From: an uncultured virus (IMG/VR IMGVR_UViG_3300009164_000061)
Taxonomy: Duplodnaviria > Heunggongvirae > Uroviricota > Caudoviricetes
Virus record (IMG/VR): IMGVR_UViG_3300009164_000061
Span: 58,377-78,376 of that record
DNA length: 20,000 nt
Direction: 5' to 3' (one strand)
Shown: positions 15,574-20,000 of the stretch, in pieces
How the letters are laid out: each line of letters begins with the position of its first letter
How positions within the stretch are numbered: the stretch's first letter is position 1
Program-made: the position numbers and the translations under genes
Notes under the pieces: model-generated
The model's input: only the letters and a program-made list of their open reading frames with translations
The model's database searches: none
Told to the model about the DNA's origin: nothing

Positions 15574-15586
15574 GAGATTCTTTTTT
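15560..15586 (+). terminator. Probable rho-independent terminator
   Basis: AGAATCTC-AGTTAA-GAGATTCT followed by T5. Confidence 0.6.
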
Positions 15587-15618
15587 CTCCGTGTTAAATA
15601 ACCAAAAAGCACCTAATC

Positions 15619-15834
15619 ATGAATGAGATCGTAAGACTATACCTCGAACAAAACGGTACTGAAACCTGTATCAAAGACCCAGCGGAAATGGCAAGAATAC
15701 TGTCAGACCCACAGGTCGATATCGACTTGGATTACCATGACCACCGCGGCCATGCCAAAGCGGCAAGCAGTCGAGACCTAATCGGACAGACCGTCAAGAT
15801 TGGAGAGGAAGAGATTGAGATACCTCAACACTAA
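15619..15834 (+). CDS. Hypothetical protein
   Basis: 71 aa; stop abuts the next cassette. Confidence 0.7.
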   Translation: MNEIVRLYLEQNGTETCIKDPAEMARILSDPQVDIDLDYHDHRGHAKAASSRDLIGQTVKIGEEEIEIPQH

Positions 15835-15835
15835 A

Positions 15836-15903
15836 TTGTTAATAACTTCTTCAAAAATAATAGGACCCAGATTTTTTAGTCTGGGTTTTTTTTGGTATTT
15901 TTA
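15836..15903 (+). promoter_or_regulatory. Terminator-hairpin/early-promoter cassette (type B variant)
   Basis: TTGTTAATAAC (15836), ACCCAGA-TTTTTTAG-TCTGGGT-T run, degenerate TATTTTTA (15896). Confidence 0.6.
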
Positions 15904-15908
15904 CTCTG

Positions 15909-15990
15909 TCAATCAAACACTGACTGGACGGTTCGGAACAAGGAAGCGGGAGGTATACTCCGACCTGCACCAGACCTAGGCAGTTGTTAA
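15909..15990 (+). ncRNA. Candidate structured small RNA behind a promoter cassette
   Basis: No ATG; nested pairings ACTG/CAGT, CTGG/CCAG, GGAG/CTCC; shares an 18/20 motif with 7409-7428. Confidence 0.3.
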
Positions 15991-15997
15991 CATACGA

Positions 15998-16066
15998 TTG
16001 TTAATAACTATTTTTAAAAATAATTCACAAATAATTTTTTAGTGTCAAACCTATTTGTTATATTTG
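15998..16066 (+). promoter_or_regulatory. Early promoter cassette (type A)
   Basis: TTGTTAATAAC (15998), GTGTCAA (16042)-N10-TATATTTG (16059). Confidence 0.8.
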
Positions 16067-16098
16067 CTTTATCAATTAACAATCTAAAAAAATAAAGT

Positions 16099-16356
16099 AT
16101 GACAAATTCAATGCAGCCCATCAACGCTCAACTCCTCAGGACAGAGTTAAATCAGCGTATCGTAAAATTCTTTTTTGTAAAGAAAGACGGCAGCCTCAGA
16201 GAGGTACATGGTACAACCAAACTTGCGCATGTTCCGGCGGACAAACATCCACAAGGAGTACGTGAAACCCCACCAAGCGTTATCACCTTCTGGGATCTTC
16301 TAGCGGGCGATTGGCGCAGTGCTAAAGTAGAAACACAATTCTTTATTAACGACTAA
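16099..16356 (+). CDS. DUF2693/WYL_2 SH3-like beta-barrel protein
   Basis: VKFFFVKKDGSLREVHGT...FWDL...DWRS matches the FxKxDGxxR...DxxxxxWRSF pattern. Confidence 0.8.
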   Translation: MTNSMQPINAQLLRTELNQRIVKFFFVKKDGSLREVHGTTKLAHVPADKHPQGVRETPPSVITFWDLLAGDWRSAKVETQFFIND

Positions 16357-16375
16357 CCCCCTAAACCAAAATCAC

Positions 16376-16561
16376 ATGGCAACACAAGAAGCAATCAATG
16401 AAGCAATCGCCCGATGGGGAGAAGATGCAGTTTATCAAGCAATGGAAGTTGTGGCAATGTCAGACGCTGACGGAGCCTACACAATGTTCGAGGATCATGG
16501 AATGTTCGAATGCGCAGAGGTAGTAGACTTTCTCTACTTCGACGGGGCGGCTGAAGACTAA
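16376..16561 (+). CDS. Small acidic hypothetical protein
   Basis: 61 aa, D/E-rich, typical leader. Confidence 0.75.
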   Translation: MATQEAINEAIARWGEDAVYQAMEVVAMSDADGAYTMFEDHGMFECAEVVDFLYFDGAAED

Positions 16562-16621
16562 AGCCAAAATAGATAAAACTGTAGTACATTAGTAATAATT
16601 AACCAATCAACAATCAAACTT

Positions 16622-17752
16622 ATGCAAGAGAAAATCGGTAAAAAAGAAATCACAGTCAGAGACTTTTTTGAGAACCACCATAACGGTCGAGTTCCTAACT
16701 TAACCGTACAACAACTGTACACGCAGTTCATGACGCAAGACCAGGACTCAACTGGTATATCCTATGGATTATTTAATGGAGTAGTTAAGAAACTACGCTT
16801 TGAGACCGGCGACTCCCTAGTCCCGGCATCAGGTCAAAGTACAATAGCGCGCCCAACCTCACAAGACCAGGCGGACTCCGTAGTAACACTAAGCGACGAG
16901 CCAGAGATCTTCGAGATTGGGTCAATGCAATTCCCTGACTTCAAGAAGTTTACCACAGGTACCGTGTTCGACCAGTTAATGTCAGACCATGACGAAGAAG
17001 GCGGAGTCTTTGCAGGTACAGCTAATATAGTTATTGGAGAGTCAGGAGTTGGTAAGTCAACTATTACCCTAGACCTCTTAGCTAAGATTAAGCAGCAGCA
17101 ACCTGATGCAAAGGTGCTCTATATTTCTAGTGAAATGACCCGTAACGATCTTTACTTCTATTACAGAAAAATGCCAATCATCGAGACAATCCCAACCCTC
17201 TTGATTATGGATTATCTAATGGGTCGCTTCGATAAGACCTTGGAAAAAGCAATCAACGGCGACTATGACGTAATCCTAATTGACTCTCACCAGGATATTA
17301 TTGTTAAACTCAAAGATGTACTAGGCTGGAAGAGTACAAAGGCTGAGACTTGGTTAACCAATCTTATTATTGAAGCAGCTGACAAGAAAGGAAAAGCAAT
17401 CTTTGCAATTCAACACATGACCAAAGGCGGTCAGTATGTAGGTTCAACCTACTTAAAACATGCTACCACAAGTATGATGGAAATCCGCAAGGACGAGAGC
17501 GGTCGCCGATACGCCGAGTTTACAAAGAACCGCCGTGGAGGTAGCTTGGTAGGTAAGCGCCTTTATTACTCCCTAGTAAACGGAGAGGTTCAATGGGACA
17601 AGGACTCATGGAGACAAGAGAATGTTGTTGCTGAACTTGCAGGTCAGGAGTCAGAACGCCGCCAACAGTTAGAGGGCCAGTTCAACGATCTTTTCTTAAG
17701 TGTTAAACGTCCAAGAACTGATGAGGAACCTACTGAAGCTGAAGCCGAGTAG
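16622..17752 (+). CDS. RecA-superfamily ATPase, RadA/Sms-like
   Basis: Walker A GESGVGKS, LYISSEM, Walker B ILIDS, HMTKGGQYVGSTYLKH (cf. RadA HVTKxGxxAGPxxLEH), KNRRG (cf. KNRFG). Confidence 0.85.
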   Translation: MQEKIGKKEITVRDFFENHHNGRVPNLTVQQLYTQFMTQDQDSTGISYGLFNGVVKKLRFETGDSLVPASGQSTIARPTSQDQADSVVTLSDEPEIFEIGSMQFPDFKKFTTGTVFDQLMSDHDEEGGVFAGTANIVIGESGVGKSTITLDLLAKIKQQQPDAKVLYISSEMTRNDLYFYYRKMPIIETIPTLLIMDYLMGRFDKTLEKAINGDYDVILIDSHQDIIVKLKDVLGWKSTKAETWLTNLIIEAADKKGKAIFAIQHMTKGGQYVGSTYLKHATTSMMEIRKDESGRRYAEFTKNRRGGSLVGKRLYYSLVNGEVQWDKDSWRQENVVAELAGQESERRQQLEGQFNDLFLSVKRPRTDEEPTEAEAE

Positions 17753-17807
17753 TCGGAAACTAGTGCCAAATTTTTAGTATATTAATCTTATAAAATAAAA
17801 AACAAAT

Positions 17808-18926
17808 ATGATAAATCAATCGCAATTCAACCAAGCCAAAGAAGAACTTTCAGGATTAGATCCGTTAGTTAAACGAGTAAAACTCTCTGATATTATCTTG
17901 AACGATAATTCAATTAAACACAACTCAATTGAGATTGAAGGCTCAAGAGTTCCAGTGTCAGATAAGTTCTTCAATCGTCTAGGCCAAATGGTAAACCTAA
18001 ATACTGGGTTAATTACCAAAATGTCTAAGGGCGGAGACAAGGAGATCGAGACCAAATTATTACAGTCAGTAAAAGCCTATTCTGAAACCCGCGATGGAGG
18101 TAAAGAGTTCTTATTGGTAGGCGACAGTTCAAGCCATCAGGTTACTAATATCGTGCGAGCTGACAAATACCACAGGTTATCTAACGATACCCTATTCGCA
18201 ACGGCTGACACCATCCTAAATGAAATTCCGGACATGCATATCGAGTCAATTGACCGTACTGGGCCAGGTGGAGTAAGTATTAATCTTATTCACGGCAGCC
18301 AAGTTGGTTATGAGAAAATCGGTAAGGACGAGGTGTTCCGTTTTGGGATCTCCCTAGTAAATGGTGCTACTTCAAGTCGAGTTGACGATTTCTTCTATCG
18401 TCTTGCCTGCGCAAACGGTGCAGTTGCTCGTAACCTAAATACCGCATTTGAATTTGGTAACGGCGACGAAGCCTTCCGTAAATTGCTAGAGCAAATGAAT
18501 GGTTGGGCCAAAGCAGGATTTGTACCACGTACTTTCCAAGACAGATTGGAACGTGCAATGGTAACCAAAGCAAGCTATGCGGAAGTTGAGAAAGCATTAT
18601 ACTCAGTAACTGGTGCAATCGGCGAGAAAGATTTCGATATGAAAGGCAAGTTGGTAAAAGGTGCAGAACAGCAGTTCTTCCCAGAATACGATGCAGCTAC
18701 CAAACGTATCTTCCGTGCCGGCCACAATCCACTAAGCTTAACTGATGCTCAAAAGAAGTTTATCAAAACTGATGCTACTGTTTGGGATGTTGTTAACGAG
18801 TTAACCTGGATTGGAAGTCACGATACCATTTTTGACCTTAAGAACTCAAAAGGTTTTAAAGTAGCAGGTGGTAATCTATTCGCTAAGACATGGGATTTAG
18901 AGCATGCTGGCTTAGCCCAAATCTAA
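17808..18926 (+). CDS. DUF932-like phage/plasmid protein
   Basis: YHRLSN, GISLVNG...FFYRLACANGAV (RLVCxNG signature), TVWDVVNELT. Confidence 0.7.
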   Translation: MINQSQFNQAKEELSGLDPLVKRVKLSDIILNDNSIKHNSIEIEGSRVPVSDKFFNRLGQMVNLNTGLITKMSKGGDKEIETKLLQSVKAYSETRDGGKEFLLVGDSSSHQVTNIVRADKYHRLSNDTLFATADTILNEIPDMHIESIDRTGPGGVSINLIHGSQVGYEKIGKDEVFRFGISLVNGATSSRVDDFFYRLACANGAVARNLNTAFEFGNGDEAFRKLLEQMNGWAKAGFVPRTFQDRLERAMVTKASYAEVEKALYSVTGAIGEKDFDMKGKLVKGAEQQFFPEYDAATKRIFRAGHNPLSLTDAQKKFIKTDATVWDVVNELTWIGSHDTIFDLKNSKGFKVAGGNLFAKTWDLEHAGLAQI

Positions 18927-18948
18927 AACTTAATAAGTATTATAAAAG

Positions 18949-18977
18949 AAAGGGGTCCTCTACAGGGACCCCTTTTT
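18949..18977. terminator. Rho-independent terminator
   Basis: AAAAGGGGTCC-TCTACAG-GGACCCCTTTTT. Confidence 0.85.
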
Positions 18978-19088
18978 GGGGTTAGTTTAGATTACCTATG
19001 ACCCAAACCCGTGCCGTCCCGGAGAGGCTTCTGGATGCGGCCCCAGGCCATGGGGATTTTCGTCACATAGTACTCCACTCGCCCCGAA

Positions 19089-19096
19089 TATAAATA
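19089..19096 (+). promoter_or_regulatory. T4-type late promoter TATAAATA
   Basis: Exact consensus 5 nt upstream of ATG 19102, same spacing as at 5480. Confidence 0.7.
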
Positions 19097-19101
19097 ACAA
19101 T

Positions 19102-19503
19102 ATGAAACAAGCTTCTACATCAGACATTAGTTTTGTCCGGTTCTGTATTGCAGAATTAGAGATCCAAACAAGTCCCAATATCAGGATAGGCGATGACCAC
19201 CGTAAGGCGCAAGAACACCGGGCTATGGGTTACTATAGTCCAGCAGATAACCTGATCTGGGTGTTACGCGGTAGTCGGGTACCTGCAGACTGGTACCGCA
19301 CGCTAGCCCATGAGTTGGTACACTGGCGCCAGCGCGAGCTAGGCCAAGGCTTGGACGGAGCGGACGGTAGCGAAATCGAGAATGAAGCTAACTCTAAAGC
19401 AGCGGTGCTCTTACGTGAATGGGGCAGAAGGGATGCGGGAATCTATGTCTTACCTATTGAGGCGCAACCGGCTGACCCCCAAGTAGAGCCTGCGACCCCA
19501 TAA
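19102..19503 (+). CDS. Zincin-like HExxH metallopeptidase-domain protein
   Basis: RTLAHELVHWRQ...EIENEAN. Confidence 0.8.
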   Translation: MKQASTSDISFVRFCIAELEIQTSPNIRIGDDHRKAQEHRAMGYYSPADNLIWVLRGSRVPADWYRTLAHELVHWRQRELGQGLDGADGSEIENEANSKAAVLLREWGRRDAGIYVLPIEAQPADPQVEPATP

Positions 19504-20000
19504 TCAGGTAGCTTAAGTCTTCTTTTAACTCTGCCCTGTACTCTTCCTGGTACAGGGTTTTTTGTATAACATGTAGTTCAACACCGTGCCAGGTTAGGAA
19601 TCTCTCTAGAATCTCGGCACCCGCAAACCTGGCCAGGCGGTCCGGGGTTTCAACAACAACCATGCTTATCTGCTTGCGTAACACTAGATCAAAGATCTTG
19701 TCTAGCCCACTTCTGCCGACTAGACTACCAGCCTTACCGACCTCCGCAATTACCTGGTCTACCCGGATTCCAGCCGCCGTACAGTAGGCTAGCACCCGGT
19801 CCTGCTGAGCCTGTAGCCGGGTTCGGGACGAGACACCGGCCGCGCCCTGATCCGGAATTCCCGCCGCCCGGCAGTAGACTACTACTTCCCTGGTCTGGGG
19901 TAGCCTACTCCCTAGTAGCTTCAAGAGCTCCTGCTTGTCGTAGTAGGTCCGGCCGTTAATCTCGTTCTTCCATTTGTTGACCGCACCCCGGTTGACATAG
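19454..20000 (-). CDS. IS607-TnpA-like serine recombinase with N-terminal HTH; start outside the window; catalytic Ser apparently replaced
   Basis: Frame is open to the window end (YVNRGAVNKWKNEINGRTYYDKQELLKLL, a MerR-type wing), then VVYCRAA, EVGKAGS..R.GL, VVVETPDRLARF, ELKEDL helix. Confidence 0.8.
   Translation of the reverse strand, partial: YVNRGAVNKWKNEINGRTYYDKQELLKLLGSRLPQTREVVVYCRAAGIPDQGAAGVSSRTRLQAQQDRVLAYCTAAGIRVDQVIAEVGKAGSLVGRSGLDKIFDLVLRKQISMVVVETPDRLARFAGAEILERFLTWHGVELHVIQKTLYQEEYRAELKEDLSYLIMGSQALLGGQPVAPQ

Noticed and set aside
15909..15990. Possible tRNA (contains GGTTCG)
   Set aside because: No cloverleaf: lacks a proper T-arm stem, D-arm and 7-bp acceptor stem
7443..16066. 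Repeats considered as a CRISPR array or integron attC sites
   Set aside because: Spacing is gene-sized and irregular, the repeats are promoter-like, and there is no cas gene, tyrosine integrase or attC-type inverted core structure
19000..19070. GC-rich intergenic hairpins (CCCCA/TGGGG; GCCG...CGGC)
   Set aside because: Imperfect stems, single copy; cannot be tied to an IS end or RNA family from sequence alone
8383..19178. Minus-strand ORFs 8383-8574, 9267-9536, 10675-10878, 12385-12636, 14550-14762, 14869-15060, 16395-16589, 17816-18055, 18367-18618, 18996-19178
   Set aside because: Shadows of plus-strand genes in a uniformly plus-strand region
1..20000. Alternative genetic code (stop-codon reassignment), as seen in some Bacteroidota phages
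   Set aside because: Conserved genes are full length under code 11, and TAG serves as a real stop followed by intergenic motifs

Overview
This window looks like part of a large lytic dsDNA phage genome with T4-like/jumbo-phage features, probably infecting a Bacteroidota host. The host inference rests on TAnnTTTG -7 promoters, A/C-rich leaders without Shine-Dalgarno sequences, and Bacteroidota-type sigma70 genes. Bases 1-5474 are mostly minus-strand, probably late genes behind (T/G/A)ATAAATA motifs. Many start with a T4-internal-protein-like capsid-targeting sequence, and one is a signal-peptide DNA/RNA non-specific endonuclease missed by the ORF track. A GC-rich, repeat- and palindrome-dense non-coding block (~5520-6062) sits at the strand switch. 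Bases 6150-18926 are a plus-strand early/middle region of small genes separated by about 12 copies of a modular promoter cassette: a DnaA-box-like TGTTAATAAC, then GTGTCAA or a terminator hairpin, then TAnnTTTG. This region carries two RpoD-like sigma factors, a RadA/Sms-like ATPase and a DUF932-like protein. The window ends with an HExxH protein and an IS607-TnpA-like serine recombinase lacking the catalytic Ser. The best candidates for new biology are: (i) a putative ~60-nt sRNA (9909-9970) that is the reverse complement of the leader motif shared by the early genes; (ii) helically phased DnaA-box-like sites on the early promoters; (iii) a strand-polarised 9-mer, CTCCCTAGT; (iv) a two-sigma transcription cascade. 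Family assignments are from motif recognition only; no searches were run.
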